This document shows, piece after piece, positions 28,308-38,281 of a stretch of 64,000 nt of DNA. The notes beneath the pieces are model-generated. The model was given only the letters and a program-made list of their open reading frames with translations. It was not told where the DNA came from and made no database searches. The stretch is from Alphaproteobacteria bacterium (lineage in GTDB: Bacteria; Pseudomonadota; Alphaproteobacteria; Bin95), in contig OZ219787.1 in assembly GCA_964291285.2 (NCBI GenBank), positions 192,001 through 256,000 on the forward strand, given 5' to 3'. Position numbers and translations under genes: made by a program. Positions within the stretch are counted from its first letter, which is position 1, and each line of letters begins with the position of its first letter.

Positions 28308-28808
28308 TCAGTTGCCGGTCAGGCGCCGCGTGACCGGGCGCCAGACGCGCCCGCCGGGCGGCCGGTCGGGCGCGCCGGCAACGGCCCAGCCACGCCAGGC
28401 GGCGGTGCGGTCGAGGCCGGCGCATTGGAGCCAGTCGAGATCGAATCCGGGGCAGTCCGCCGGCCCGTCTGCGGAATCGACCGTCACCAGAAAGGCGTCC
28501 TCCGGCACTTCCGGCAGCGTGTCGCGGCCGCCGAACAGGTTGCGCGACCAGTCGATGATGTCCGCCTGCCACTCGCCGAAGCCGCCGCCGCCGGCGCCGC
28601 GATAGCTCGCCCGATCGAAGAACTCCGTCCCCGGCACGGTATGCACCGCCAGCCAGGGCGCCGGCCCGTCGTCCAGCGCCCGGAAACGCTGCGAGGCCTC
28701 GAAACCCGGCAGGGCCAGCAGCGAGGCAAGCTTCGGCCCGCTGTACCAGTCGGACCACGCCGCCTCCCGCGACTGGTCCCTGAAGCCGCACTCCACCATG
28801 TAAAGCAT
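28308..28808 (-). CDS. Hypothetical protein (EthD-like dimeric barrel possible)
   Basis: EAAWSDWY...LLALPGFEASQRF; collinear with the downstream operon. Confidence 0.6.
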   Translation of the reverse strand: MLYMVECGFRDQSREAAWSDWYSGPKLASLLALPGFEASQRFRALDDGPAPWLAVHTVPGTEFFDRASYRGAGGGGFGEWQADIIDWSRNLFGGRDTLPEVPEDAFLVTVDSADGPADCPGFDLDWLQCAGLDRTAAWRGWAVAGAPDRPPGGRVWRPVTRRLTGN

Positions 28809-28867
28809 GGGTGCGAGTATAGAAGCGCTCGGCGGACAGCGGAAGCGGGGCCATGGCCGGGATCGGG

Positions 28868-29425
28868 ATGAGCTGGACCGACTACTACGCGAAGACGCGG
28901 GGCCGGCCGCCGCGCCCGACGCTTCTGGAGGCGCTGGCGCGCTTCGGCGGCCGCAGCGGGTTTGCGGTCGATCTCGGCATAGGCGGCGGGCGCGATGCGA
29001 TGGAAATGCTGGACCGCGGCTGGCGGGTGGTCGGGCTCGACAGCGAGCCCGCCGTGCTGGCGCTGCCGCGCCATCCCCGGCTGACGGTCAGGCGGGAGCC
29101 TTTCGAGACCGCAGCACTGCCGCGGGCGGACCTCGTGAATGCGAGCTTCAGCCTGCCGTTCTGCCGCCCGGACGCCTTCCCCGCCTTCTGGCAGCGCATC
29201 GCGGCGGCGCTGCGTCCCGGCGGGCGTTTCGCCGGGCAGTTCTTCGGCCCCCGCGACGGCTGGTTCGGCGACCCCGGCATCACCTTCCTTGCCGAGTCCG
29301 AAGTCCGGGCCCTGCTCGCCCCCTTCGACATCGAACATTTCGACGAGGAGGAGGACGACGCCGAAACCCCGCGCGGCGCCATGAAGCACTGGCACATCTT
29401 CCACGTCGTGGCGCGCAAGCGGTGA
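28868..29425 (+). CDS. Class I SAM-dependent methyltransferase
   Basis: AVDLGIGGGRD, SLPFC, KHWHIFHVVARK. Confidence 0.85.
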   Translation: MSWTDYYAKTRGRPPRPTLLEALARFGGRSGFAVDLGIGGGRDAMEMLDRGWRVVGLDSEPAVLALPRHPRLTVRREPFETAALPRADLVNASFSLPFCRPDAFPAFWQRIAAALRPGGRFAGQFFGPRDGWFGDPGITFLAESEVRALLAPFDIEHFDEEEDDAETPRGAMKHWHIFHVVARKR

Positions 29426-29482
29426 AAAGGAGGGGCCGTCTGCGCTATAGTCGCGCGCATCGAGAGACTGGAGGACGGACCC

Positions 29483-29707
29483 ATGCTGGCAATTGAGTTG
29501 TCTCCGGATGCGGAAGCCCGCCTTGACGCCTTGGCGAAGGCCGTTGGCCGCACCAAAGCCGCTTGCGCCCGCGACGCCATCCTCGAATATCTCGACGATA
29601 TGGAAGACCTTCGCATCGCCGAGCAGCGTTTGGCCGACAACAGGGCCGGCCGGTCGCAATCCGTCCCGCTGGAGGACGTGATGAGGCGGTATGGGCTGGA
29701 AGATTGA
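29483..29707 (+). CDS. RelB/CopG-type RHH antitoxin
   Basis: RLDALAKAVGRTK...AILEYLDDMEDL; GGAGG RBS. Confidence 0.88.
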   Translation: MLAIELSPDAEARLDALAKAVGRTKAACARDAILEYLDDMEDLRIAEQRLADNRAGRSQSVPLEDVMRRYGLED

Positions 29708-29765
29708 GCTGGACAGCGAGGCGGAACGCGACCTCGACAAACTCGATCCGCAGACAGCCCGCCCG
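29691..29765 (+). pseudogene. Truncated RelE toxin (about 24 codons)
   Basis: MGWKIELDSEAERDLDKLDPQTAR, then abuts the stop of the convergent gene. Confidence 0.8.
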
Positions 29766-30500
29766 CTACACCGCCTCCACGATCAGCACGAGGCCCGAGA
29801 GGCAGAGGAGGGCGGTGACGATGCGGTGGAAGAGGACGGCGTCGATGCGCCGGTAGAGGCGCGCACCGGTCCAGGCGGCGGCGAGCGCGACCGGCAGGCA
29901 GATGGCGGCGGCTGTCAGCGCGGCGAGGTCCATCGCGCCGGACACGGCCATCGCCGCGGCGGCAAGCGCCAGCACGACCAGGTTGAAGGGCTGGTAGACG
30001 GCGCGTTGGGAGTCGGCGCTGCCGCCTCTCAGCCTGAGCCAGATAACCGGCAGCGGGCCCGAGAGCCCGGCAAAGCCGCCGAGCGCGCCGCCGCCGAGCC
30101 CGATTGCGGCGTCGGCCGCGCGCGAGGGCGGCGGCGCGGGCAGCCGCCTTGCCATCGAGAGCATCGTGTAGCCCACCAGCAGCAGCCCGACGGCGAGCCG
30201 CAGCATGTCCGGCGAGACCACGGCAAGCGCCGCAACGCCGAGCGGCACGCCGGCGATGCCGCCCAGAAGGTAGGGTCCGGCGCGGCGCCGGTCGAAGGCG
30301 TGGCGCACGAAGAGCGACGCCACCGCCTGCCCGCCGATGGACACCAGCGCGACCAGCGGCGGCACCGTTCCCGGCTCCAGCGCGTGGAACCAGACGCCGG
30401 CGGCCGCCAGCCCCGTGCCGAAGCCGGCGAGGCCCGTCACGAAGCCGCCGGCGAGCGCCCCCAGCAGCAGGAAGGGAAGCGCGGCGCCGTCAATCCCCAC
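29766..30500 (-). CDS. TauE/SafE (TSUP) family exporter
   Basis: GFVTGLAGFGTGL...GGFAGLSGP; hydrophobic. Confidence 0.85.
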   Translation of the reverse strand: MGIDGAALPFLLLGALAGGFVTGLAGFGTGLAAAGVWFHALEPGTVPPLVALVSIGGQAVASLFVRHAFDRRRAGPYLLGGIAGVPLGVAALAVVSPDMLRLAVGLLLVGYTMLSMARRLPAPPPSRAADAAIGLGGGALGGFAGLSGPLPVIWLRLRGGSADSQRAVYQPFNLVVLALAAAAMAVSGAMDLAALTAAAICLPVALAAAWTGARLYRRIDAVLFHRIVTALLCLSGLVLIVEAV

Positions 30501-30539
30501 GGGGAAGACCCGGCGGATCGCAGGACAAGGCGGGCGGCT

Positions 30540-31739
30540 TCAGGAGAGCTTCGCCATCGCGCGGGCGATGCGCCGGCCGGCTTCCTCCAGCCGGTCCAGC
30601 GGGGCCGCATAGCTCACCCGGACATGCGGCGAGAGGCCGTAGGACGCGCCCTGCACCACGGCGACATGAGCCTCCCCGACCAGATAGTCCGTCACCGCCG
30701 TGTCGTCCTTGAGCCGCCCTCCGGAAGGCGTCCGGGCGCCGATGGCCGAGGCGACCGACGGATAGACATACATCGCCCCTTCGGGCGCGTGGCAGGGCAG
30801 GCCCGCCTCGTTCAGCGCGGCGACCATGAGGTCGCGCCGCTCCCGCATGATCTGCCGGCGCTCCTCGACGATGTCCTTCGGTCCGTCGAGCGCCGCCAGC
30901 GCCGCTCTTTGCCCGACGGCATTGGGGCAGGAGACGAGCTGGCCCTGGAGCTTCCCCATTTCCCGGACGATGTCGCGCGGGCCGCCGGCGAAGCCGACCC
31001 GGAAGCCGGTCATCGAATAGGCCTTGGAGACGCCGTTGATGGTGAGCGTGCGCGGGAACAATTCCGGGGCCACATTCGCGATCGTGGCGAGCGGCGCGTC
31101 CGTGTAGAGCAGGTGCTCGTAGATGTCGTCCGCCATCACATGCACATGAGGGTGGCGCGCCAGCACGGCGGCGAGCGCCCCCAGGTCCTCCGCGGAATAG
31201 GCGGCGCCCGAGGGATTGGAGGGCGAGTTGAGCGAAAGCCACTTGGTCTTCGGGCCGATGGCGGCTTCCAGGTCCTCCGGGAGCAGGCGGAAGCCGTTCT
31301 GCTGCGGGCAGGAAACCGGCACCGGCACGCCGCCCGCCAGCCGCACGAGGTCCTCGTAAGCGCCCCAGAAGGGCGCGGGCAGGATCACTTCGTCGCCCGG
31401 CGCGAGCGTCGCCAGGAAGGCGCAGGAGATCGCCGCCTTGGCGCCCGTCGTCGCCAGCACCTCGTCGGCCGCGTAGTCGAGGCCGTTCTCGCGGCTGAAC
31501 TTGCGCCGGACCGCCTCCTTGAACTCGGGCGTGCCGTCGCGGTTGGTGTAGCCGACGACGCCGTCCGCCATCGCCTTCTCCGCCGCCTTGCGCACATGGT
31601 CCGGCGGCGGGAAGTCGGGCTGCCCGATCGTCAGGTTGATGACGTCGATGCCGTCGGCCGCCATGGCGCGGGCGCGCATGGCGGCGTTCTGGCTGGCTGA
31701 GGCCTTGAAGCGGCGCATCCTGGGCGCAATGATCGACAT
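30540..31739 (-). CDS. Class I PLP aminotransferase (aspartate aminotransferase-like)
   Basis: NSPSNPSG, DDIYEHL, NGVSKAYSMTGFRVG. Confidence 0.9.
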   Translation of the reverse strand: MSIIAPRMRRFKASASQNAAMRARAMAADGIDVINLTIGQPDFPPPDHVRKAAEKAMADGVVGYTNRDGTPEFKEAVRRKFSRENGLDYAADEVLATTGAKAAISCAFLATLAPGDEVILPAPFWGAYEDLVRLAGGVPVPVSCPQQNGFRLLPEDLEAAIGPKTKWLSLNSPSNPSGAAYSAEDLGALAAVLARHPHVHVMADDIYEHLLYTDAPLATIANVAPELFPRTLTINGVSKAYSMTGFRVGFAGGPRDIVREMGKLQGQLVSCPNAVGQRAALAALDGPKDIVEERRQIMRERRDLMVAALNEAGLPCHAPEGAMYVYPSVASAIGARTPSGGRLKDDTAVTDYLVGEAHVAVVQGASYGLSPHVRVSYAAPLDRLEEAGRRIARAMAKLS

Positions 31740-31807
31740 GGGAAAACCTGCCCCTCCCGAGGCCTCGCGACGGCGCGGGGTTATAGCACCGATAGGAGCG
31801 CCGCCCC

Positions 31808-32776
31808 ATGCCGAGCAACACCCCGCGCAGAATTACCGTCGCCGCCGCGCAGATGGGGCCGATCGCCCGCGCCGAGCCGCGCGGCCATGTGGTCGCGCGC
31901 CTCGTGGAGATGCTGAGGGACGCGCATGGGCGCGGCGCGGGGCTGGTCGTCTTTCCGGAACTTGCGCTCACCACCTTCTTCCCGCGCTGGTTCATCGAGG
32001 ACCCGGCGGAGCTGGACGCCTTCTACGAGGCCGAGATGCCGGGGCCGGAGACGCAGCCGCTCTTCGACACGGCCGCCGAACTCGGCGTCGGCTTCTATCT
32101 CGGCTATGCGGAACTCACGCGGGAGGGCGGCCGGGAGCGGCGCTACAACACGTCGATCCTCGTGGACAGGCAGGCGCGCATCGTCGGCAAATACCGCAAG
32201 GTGCACCTGCCGGGCCACAGCGACTACGATCCGAAGCGGCCCTGGCAGCATCTGGAGAAGCGCTATTTCGAGGTGGGCGACCTCGGCTTCCCGGTCTGGC
32301 GGACGATGGGCGGCGTGATGGGCATGGCGCTCTGCAACGACCGCCGCTGGCCCGAGACCTTCCGCGTGATGGGCATGAAGGGCGTCGAGCTGGTGATGCT
32401 CGGCTACAACACGCCTGCCGCCAACTCGCTGGGGCCGGAGCCGCACCATGTGCGCATGCTGCACAACCATCTCAGCATGCAGGCCGGCGCCTATCAGAAC
32501 GGCTGCTGGGTGGTCGGCACCGCCAAGGCCGGCCATGAGGAAGGCTGCGACCTGATGGGCGGAAGCTGCATCGTCGCGCCGTCCGGGGAGATCGTGGCCC
32601 AGGCGCACACGCTGGAGGACGAGGTGATCGCCTACGAGTGCGACCTGGAGGAAGGCCGCTTCAACAAGCAGACGATCTTCAACTTCGCCGCCCACCGCCG
32701 CCCGGAGCATTACGGCATCATCACCGCGCAGACCGGCGCCGCCGAGCCCGCGGAGGAGGACGGCGCATCCTTGTAG
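31808..32776 (+). CDS. N-carbamoyl-D-amino-acid hydrolase (nitrilase superfamily)
   Basis: FPELALTTFFPR, YRKVHLPGH, CNDRRWPE. Confidence 0.88.
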   Translation: MPSNTPRRITVAAAQMGPIARAEPRGHVVARLVEMLRDAHGRGAGLVVFPELALTTFFPRWFIEDPAELDAFYEAEMPGPETQPLFDTAAELGVGFYLGYAELTREGGRERRYNTSILVDRQARIVGKYRKVHLPGHSDYDPKRPWQHLEKRYFEVGDLGFPVWRTMGGVMGMALCNDRRWPETFRVMGMKGVELVMLGYNTPAANSLGPEPHHVRMLHNHLSMQAGAYQNGCWVVGTAKAGHEEGCDLMGGSCIVAPSGEIVAQAHTLEDEVIAYECDLEEGRFNKQTIFNFAAHRRPEHYGIITAQTGAAEPAEEDGASL

Positions 32777-32878
32777 CCGGCCCGGCGGGCGGCCGGTGCG
32801 TCCTTCGCAAACACGCTTGCGCGGGTGCCTGCCGGGGCGTACAGAGAACAAAGAGGGGTTATGGGGGAGGTTCTGACC

Positions 32879-33163
32879 ATGGATAGACTTGTGCGGCGCC
32901 GCGCGACATGCGGCCTTGTGAATGTCAGGCGCCTGGCGGCCCTGGCGGGACTCTGCGCGGCCCTGGCGTTCGGCGCCGCGATGGACGGCGGCGCCGCGGC
33001 GCATTCGGGCAGGCTTGCCAAGGACGGCTGCCACAAAGACAACAAGGCCGGCGAGCGGCACTGGCACGCCGAGGGCGTGAAACGGGGCGGGCCTTGCGTC
33101 GAGCGCGACGGCGTCACGACGCAGCTGACCGACGACGGCGCCGAGCGGCCGGCCGGGAATTGA
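32879..33163 (+). CDS. Small secreted YHYH-like protein (start uncertain)
   Basis: Signal-like segment, then AHSGRLAKDGCH...HWH. Confidence 0.6.
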   Translation: MDRLVRRRATCGLVNVRRLAALAGLCAALAFGAAMDGGAAAHSGRLAKDGCHKDNKAGERHWHAEGVKRGGPCVERDGVTTQLTDDGAERPAGN

Positions 33164-33184
33164 CATAATTCCCCGGATGCGGGC

Positions 33185-33886
33185 CTACGCCTTGCGTCCG
33201 TAGCGGTGCAACCCCCGGCCTTCGGCCTTGAGCCAGCGTTCGGCGGCGTCGGTTTCCGGGCAGAGGCGGCGGCAGAGGCTCCAGAAGCGGGGGCCGTGGT
33301 TCATCTCGCGAAGATGCGCCACCTCGTGGGCGGCCAGATAGTCGAGCACGAAGGGCGGGGCCATGACAGCGCGCCAGGAGAAATTGAGCCGGCCCGCGGC
33401 GCTGGCGCTGCCCCAGCGCGTCTTCTGGTCCCGGATGGCGATGCCGCGCGGCTCGACGCCGAGCGCGGCGGCATGGCGGGCCACGGCCTCCCCGAAGGCC
33501 AGCCGCGCCTCATGCCGCAGCCAGCCTTCCACCAGCCGGGAGCATCCGGCCGGGCTCGCCAGCAGGATGCGGTCGTCTTCCAGCAGGAGCGGGTCCCGCA
33601 GCGACGGGTCGAGGCGGATCCGGCGCGGCCGGCCGCGGAACGGGACGGTCTCGCCGGGTTCGAAGGGCACCGGAGCCGGCGCGTCCCGCAACCGGCCCGC
33701 CACCCAGTCTCCGCGGCTCCGGAGGAACGCGAGGCCCGCCGCCTCGCTCGCGCCCGGCGGCAGGGTCAGCCGAACCTCGCCGCCCCCGATGCTGAGCGAG
33801 ATGCGCCGCGCGCGCGGGTTGCGCCGGACGGCGACCCTGACCTCGCGTCCGCCGACCCGGACTTCCCTATAGCGCCCAGTCGACAA
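33185..33886 (-). CDS. YgjP/DUF45 (M48-like) metallopeptidase (start approximate)
   Basis: [22 protein letters not shown]. Confidence 0.85.
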   Translation of the reverse strand: MSTGRYREVRVGGREVRVAVRRNPRARRISLSIGGGEVRLTLPPGASEAAGLAFLRSRGDWVAGRLRDAPAPVPFEPGETVPFRGRPRRIRLDPSLRDPLLLEDDRILLASPAGCSRLVEGWLRHEARLAFGEAVARHAAALGVEPRGIAIRDQKTRWGSASAAGRLNFSWRAVMAPPFVLDYLAAHEVAHLREMNHGPRFWSLCRRLCPETDAAERWLKAEGRGLHRYGRKA

Positions 33887-34307
33887 TATGGCGTTCCAGG
33901 TCTTCCTGTTCGGTCCCGGCTTCGTCCTCGGAGACCACCTTGCCGCGCACCGACATCTGGGCGAGATGGACAGTCTCCGGGTCCCCCGAGACCAGCGGAT
34001 GCCACCAGTAGAGGTCCCTGCCCTCATGCAGCAGGCGGTAGGCGCAACTGGACGGCATCCAGGCGATCTCCGCAATATTGCCCGGCGAAAGCTGGATGCA
34101 GTCCGGCACGCGGGCCTTGCGGTTGGCGTAGTCGGTGCAGCGGCAGCTTTCGGTGTCCAGCAGCCGGCAGGCGACGCAGGTGGGCTCGATCTCGCCCGTA
34201 TCCGCCCACTGGATCTTCAGCAGGCAGCACTTGCCGCAGCCGTCGCAGAGCGACTCCCATTCCTCCGGCGTCATCTCGTCCAGCCGCTTCTCGCGCCAGA
34301 AGGTCAC
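33867..34307 (-). CDS. YcgN/UPF0260 cysteine-cluster protein
   Basis: [22 protein letters not shown]. Confidence 0.9.
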   Translation of the reverse strand: MTFWREKRLDEMTPEEWESLCDGCGKCCLLKIQWADTGEIEPTCVACRLLDTESCRCTDYANRKARVPDCIQLSPGNIAEIAWMPSSCAYRLLHEGRDLYWWHPLVSGDPETVHLAQMSVRGKVVSEDEAGTEQEDLERHIVDWAL

Positions 34308-34696
34308 GGGCCCTGCCCCCCGGCGCCCGGCTCTTCCTGCCGTTCCTCGCCGGTGAGGCCGAGCGCCCACATCGCCGCGAGCACGCCGCCCTTCGCCACC
34401 GGCAGCAGCACCGCGACCAGCGCCAGCGCCACAGCGGGCCAGACCAGCGCCTGCAGCCAGAGCGGCGGCGCCCAGCTCTGCTCGGCGAACAGCAGGAGCG
34501 GCACGACGACATGGCCCGCCACCAGAATGGCGATGTAAGGCGGGAAATCGTCGGCGCGGATATGGCCGAGCGCCTCGCCGCAGCTGCCGCAGGACCTGAC
34601 GGGGCGCAGATAGCCCGCGAACAGCGGCCCCCGGCCGCAGGCCGGGCAGCGCCGGCGAAGGCCGTTGCGGAGGGCGGGTCCGAGCGCGCGCGCCAT
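34304..34696 (-). CDS. DUF983 membrane protein
   Basis: [15 protein letters not shown]...ADDFPPY. Confidence 0.85.
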   Translation of the reverse strand: MARALGPALRNGLRRRCPACGRGPLFAGYLRPVRSCGSCGEALGHIRADDFPPYIAILVAGHVVVPLLLFAEQSWAPPLWLQALVWPAVALALVAVLLPVAKGGVLAAMWALGLTGEERQEEPGAGGQGP

Positions 34697-35132
34697 GCCC
34701 GGCAAGGTGCCGCCGCCGCGAGGGAGGGTCAAGCCGCCGAAACGGCCGGCAGGCACCCGACAGCCGGACTCCGTCCCGCCCTGCGCAAAAGAAGGCAGCC
34801 GGCGGGTGGAGGGCCCGCCGGCTGCGCTGCCGGTTCCGGGGGAGGAAACCGTTACCGGCCGGGGATGCGGGCGGCGGGCCGGTTGCCGGCTGACGGCGAG
34901 CGCGAGAACCGTCCCGGTTGCGCGGCGCCGCCCTGGTTCGGCGTCCCCGATGCGCCCCGTCCCGGTCTCCGCCGCCTGTCCGGCGCGGACCCGTTCAGGA
35001 CCGCATGGGAGCAATGTCGCAAAGGCATGGCATCGGGTCGAATACCGTTTTCCTGTCGGACATATAAGTTTTGCGCATGGATTCGGACGGGCGGGGCAGT
35101 GCGGCCGGCGGGGCGACGTGCGCCCGCAGCGG

Positions 35133-36038
35133 TCACTCCCGCGCCCACGCCTCGGCGCAGGCCCTCGCATCGAGCCGGTAATCCGGGTCGAACAGCTTTG
35201 CGAGTTCTATGTCGGCCGCTTCCGGCTGGACCCGCATATTTGCGCCTTGGGGGACAAAGGTCAGTTCGCCGACCCTGATCACGGCTTCGCTTATATAGAG
35301 ATCGACCCGAACAAACAGAAACGGCGAGGCGAGTTGCTGCGAAAGCCGCAGGATTTCTTCCAGCTTTGCCGGCTTCTCGTCGTCCTCGGGCCCGGCTGGA
35401 GTTCCGTATGTGAAGGGCAGGCGCTTCCAGTCAGGGTCGTAGAAATTCTGCGTGTGCTCGCCGAACCGGTCGGAGTCGACCTGGACCAGCTTCGGGACGC
35501 CGTGGAAGCAGAACAGCTTGTAGTCCTTCGGCACGGTGAAGCCGTCGTCGGACAGGAACTCCTCGACGATCACCTTCGGGCGGAGATGGCGGTAGTTGCC
35601 TTCTCTGGTGCCGCTGTAGCGCTTCTTCTCCAGCCACCGCAAAAGCATCTTGCGGTTCAGGGGCTCGCCCGGGTCGGTATGGAACAGGACCGGCCCGCTC
35701 AGATGCGTCGGCTTCAGCACACAGGGAACGCGGTCCGGAACAAAGGCGCTCACCTCCTCTGCGTTGCGCAGCACAGCGTAAGTCTCCGGCGTGTAGCCCG
35801 GGCCGAGCACCCGCTCGATATGGTCCTTGGCGTACTCCTTGTCCGTCACGACCTGGACGAGCGGGTCGAACAGCGTGCCGTCCGTCTTGATGCGGTAGAA
35901 CATATCCGTCAGCCGGCCGGCGGCGGCCGGGTCGGGAGGACGCCCTTGTCTGCTCAGGAACCGCCTCCGGCAGAATTCGGTATCTCCCCACCCGTTCTTC
36001 GGCAGCAGCCGCCTCGGGATCAGCCGGAGGGGGTTCAT
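35133..36038 (-). CDS. TupA-like ATP-grasp amidoligase
   Basis: DKEYAKDHI, VLKPTHLSG, DYKLFCFHG, FVRVDLY, GELTF. Confidence 0.85.
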   Translation of the reverse strand: MNPLRLIPRRLLPKNGWGDTEFCRRRFLSRQGRPPDPAAAGRLTDMFYRIKTDGTLFDPLVQVVTDKEYAKDHIERVLGPGYTPETYAVLRNAEEVSAFVPDRVPCVLKPTHLSGPVLFHTDPGEPLNRKMLLRWLEKKRYSGTREGNYRHLRPKVIVEEFLSDDGFTVPKDYKLFCFHGVPKLVQVDSDRFGEHTQNFYDPDWKRLPFTYGTPAGPEDDEKPAKLEEILRLSQQLASPFLFVRVDLYISEAVIRVGELTFVPQGANMRVQPEAADIELAKLFDPDYRLDARACAEAWARE

Positions 36039-36195
36039 CGTATAAGCTGTCCGCTCACGCGCCGACGACAAGACACCGGGCAAGCGCCGTGATATGAGCC
36101 AAGACGTTGCTCCCGGAGGGGCGAGTGCAGGGCAAGCGGGAATACATGACAGTTCGCAAGGACGCCAGGGGATTGCCGCCGGCCGAGCAGGTGTC

Positions 36196-36543
36196 TCACT
36201 TTGACTTTGGGCGAGACAATAACGCTCGCGCCCGTCTTTCTTGAGATGTCGGCGGGCCGATCCCCAAGCGGCGGCGATTGAGGAGAACATGCATGGGCGG
36301 GGCGTCGGACCGGAAGCGTTCTATCACCTCAAGCACCCTGCGATCACCGCTGTCCTCGCCGATGATGATCCGCTCGCATGGGCCTTCGAGCCTCGGCAGG
36401 AGGGATGCCAAGGTTCGTTCCAGATGGTCGAAGCGGGCGCAGCTCGTCAGAGCGACAGTGTAGGGTTCAATCGTGCCGGCGTCAGTCCGGCCGGTGCTTC
36501 CACTTGATACCTTGGGTCTGGAGCGCCGCGCGGGTCTGGTCAT
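36196..36543 (-). pseudogene. Truncated GT2-family glycosyltransferase
   Basis: VALTSCARFDHLERTLAS...IIGEDSGD...NRRRLG, then the resemblance stops. Confidence 0.6.
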
Positions 36544-36819
36544 GCTTTGTTGTTCCTGCCGAACAATCGCCACAGTGGCTCCGCCGCAGGTTAGCAAGAG
36601 TATTGGAAATATCTATCTTCGAGGATTCAAGAAGCATAGGAACGGATTTGAGGCGGGCTAGGAGAGCGATTGAGACGACAGCACCTCAAGGCTTCGTGTC
36701 GCTCGTTGGCCTCGATGCACGAACCCGCTACCGTGCAGCCTGTGATGCTTGCGCTTGTGGCCTTCACGCTGTTCCGCGTAGCTGGAAGGACATGACGCGG
36801 GACCGGAGACGGATTGCAG

Positions 36820-37476
36820 ATGGACGCGTTTGAACGCTTCAGATACGGGATCATGCGCTATCGGCCGGGCCGACGCGGAAAGAAATATGCCCGCAAGTAT
36901 GCCTTTGCGACGGCGGTCCGCCGCTCCAGAGGCATGACCTGCATCGACCTGGGCGCCAATGTCGGCAAATACACAAGGATCATGGCGTCTGAAGCCAGGC
37001 AAGTGATCGCCTTCGAGCCGGATCCTTGGACCTGCGCAGCGCTGCGAGACAATCTCGCCGACCTCGACAACATCCGCATCGAGCCTGTGGCGGCCGGCAC
37101 AAGCGAAAGGAAGGTGCCGCTCTATCGACACCCCGGTTTCGCGGAGAATCCCGTTCGCCATTCGCAGTCAACTTCTGTCGTCGCCCGGGGAGGCCTCATC
37201 ATCGCCGACGGAGCGGTGGAAATTCGGCAAATCGACTTTATCCGTTACCTCGAAGACCTGAACGAAGACATCGGGATACTCAAAATCGACATCGAAGGTG
37301 CCGAGGTCGAGCTGCTTGAATCCTTGTTCGACAAGCCCGCCGTTTTGAAGCGCATAGCTTACATCTTCGCCGAGACGCACGAGCGCTTATACGAAGACCA
37401 TAGACCCCGCGTGGCAGCGCTCCGTGAAATGGCCGGGCAGACCGAGCGGCCTCAAATCAATCTCGACTGGCAGTAA
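36820..37476 (+). CDS. FkbM-family methyltransferase
   Basis: IDLGANVG, AFEPDP, LKIDIEGAE. Confidence 0.9.
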   Translation: MDAFERFRYGIMRYRPGRRGKKYARKYAFATAVRRSRGMTCIDLGANVGKYTRIMASEARQVIAFEPDPWTCAALRDNLADLDNIRIEPVAAGTSERKVPLYRHPGFAENPVRHSQSTSVVARGGLIIADGAVEIRQIDFIRYLEDLNEDIGILKIDIEGAEVELLESLFDKPAVLKRIAYIFAETHERLYEDHRPRVAALREMAGQTERPQINLDWQ

Positions 37477-37506
37477 GTCGCTCCCCGCACGAGCCCTACA
37501 GCCCCG

Positions 37507-37890
37507 TCATGCAGGCTCTATGTCAGTGCGCGCGAAATCCGCCCCCTTGAACAACAGCGGCAATTCCCGCTCGCGCGCGAGCGCGTAAGCGAAGACATCC
37601 CCCAGGTTCAGACCGGCCGGATGACGACCCTTGCCATAGCGCCGGTAGGCGTCCGCCGCGACAGCCGCCTGGTTCGCGTCCACGGCCTCGATCGCAACGA
37701 ACGGTTCGTTCAGGAACGCCTGCGCGGCGGAGAAAAGAGCATCGTCGCGGCTGGAGACCGCAGCAATCTCGACGGCCGTCGCCGCTGACAGCATCGCGCC
37801 TCCGGCCACCTCGATGCGGCTGCGAAAGGCCGCTGCCTCTTCTTCCCCAAGCAGGATCGCGATGACTGCCGAGGTGTCGAGGACGATCAA
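37507..37890 (-). CDS. vapC: VapC PIN toxin (intact)
   Basis: VLDTSA, LNLGDVFAYA, LLFKGADF. Confidence 0.9.
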   Translation of the reverse strand: MIVLDTSAVIAILLGEEEAAAFRSRIEVAGGAMLSAATAVEIAAVSSRDDALFSAAQAFLNEPFVAIEAVDANQAAVAADAYRRYGKGRHPAGLNLGDVFAYALARERELPLLFKGADFARTDIEPA

Positions 37891-38228
37891 TCCGGCAGCC
37901 CGCGTTCGTCGTAAAGCCCGTCCTGAAGCGTCAGGGAGAGCGGCCCGTCATTGCCTGCATCCTCCCGCTCCGCCATACGCCGGCGCAGGGCCGGTCCGGC
38001 GTCGATATAGCGATCCAGCGCCTCGCCGATGGCCGCGCATTCCGGCCGGTCCGCCCCGCAAGGCTCTTCGACCGGAAGCGGCACGGCTTCCCCGCCCTCC
38101 GCAGCGCGGCGGCGCGTCCGCTCCACAAGGCGGGCCAGCCATGCGGAGGCGCCGACGCCGCTCAGCGCCGCACGGTCCCTCAGCCAGCGCGCGGTGTCGT
38201 CCGGCAATGCCACGGTGAATCGCTGCAT
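37887..38228 (-). CDS. vapB: VapB-like antitoxin
   Basis: RHH-like N-terminus; C-terminal LYDERGLP; stop overlaps the vapC start. Confidence 0.75.
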   Translation of the reverse strand: MQRFTVALPDDTARWLRDRAALSGVGASAWLARLVERTRRRAAEGGEAVPLPVEEPCGADRPECAAIGEALDRYIDAGPALRRRMAEREDAGNDGPLSLTLQDGLYDERGLPD

Positions 38229-38281
38229 GACAGGACTCTAGCCCGGACTTTCCGCCGATGTCACGGCCTGTGCCGCCCCGC

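Noticed and set aside
34700-35130. 430-bp GC-rich intergenic region as an ncRNA or a fifth element copy
   Set aside because: No 28-mer, no CATGAC array and no motif I can recognise.
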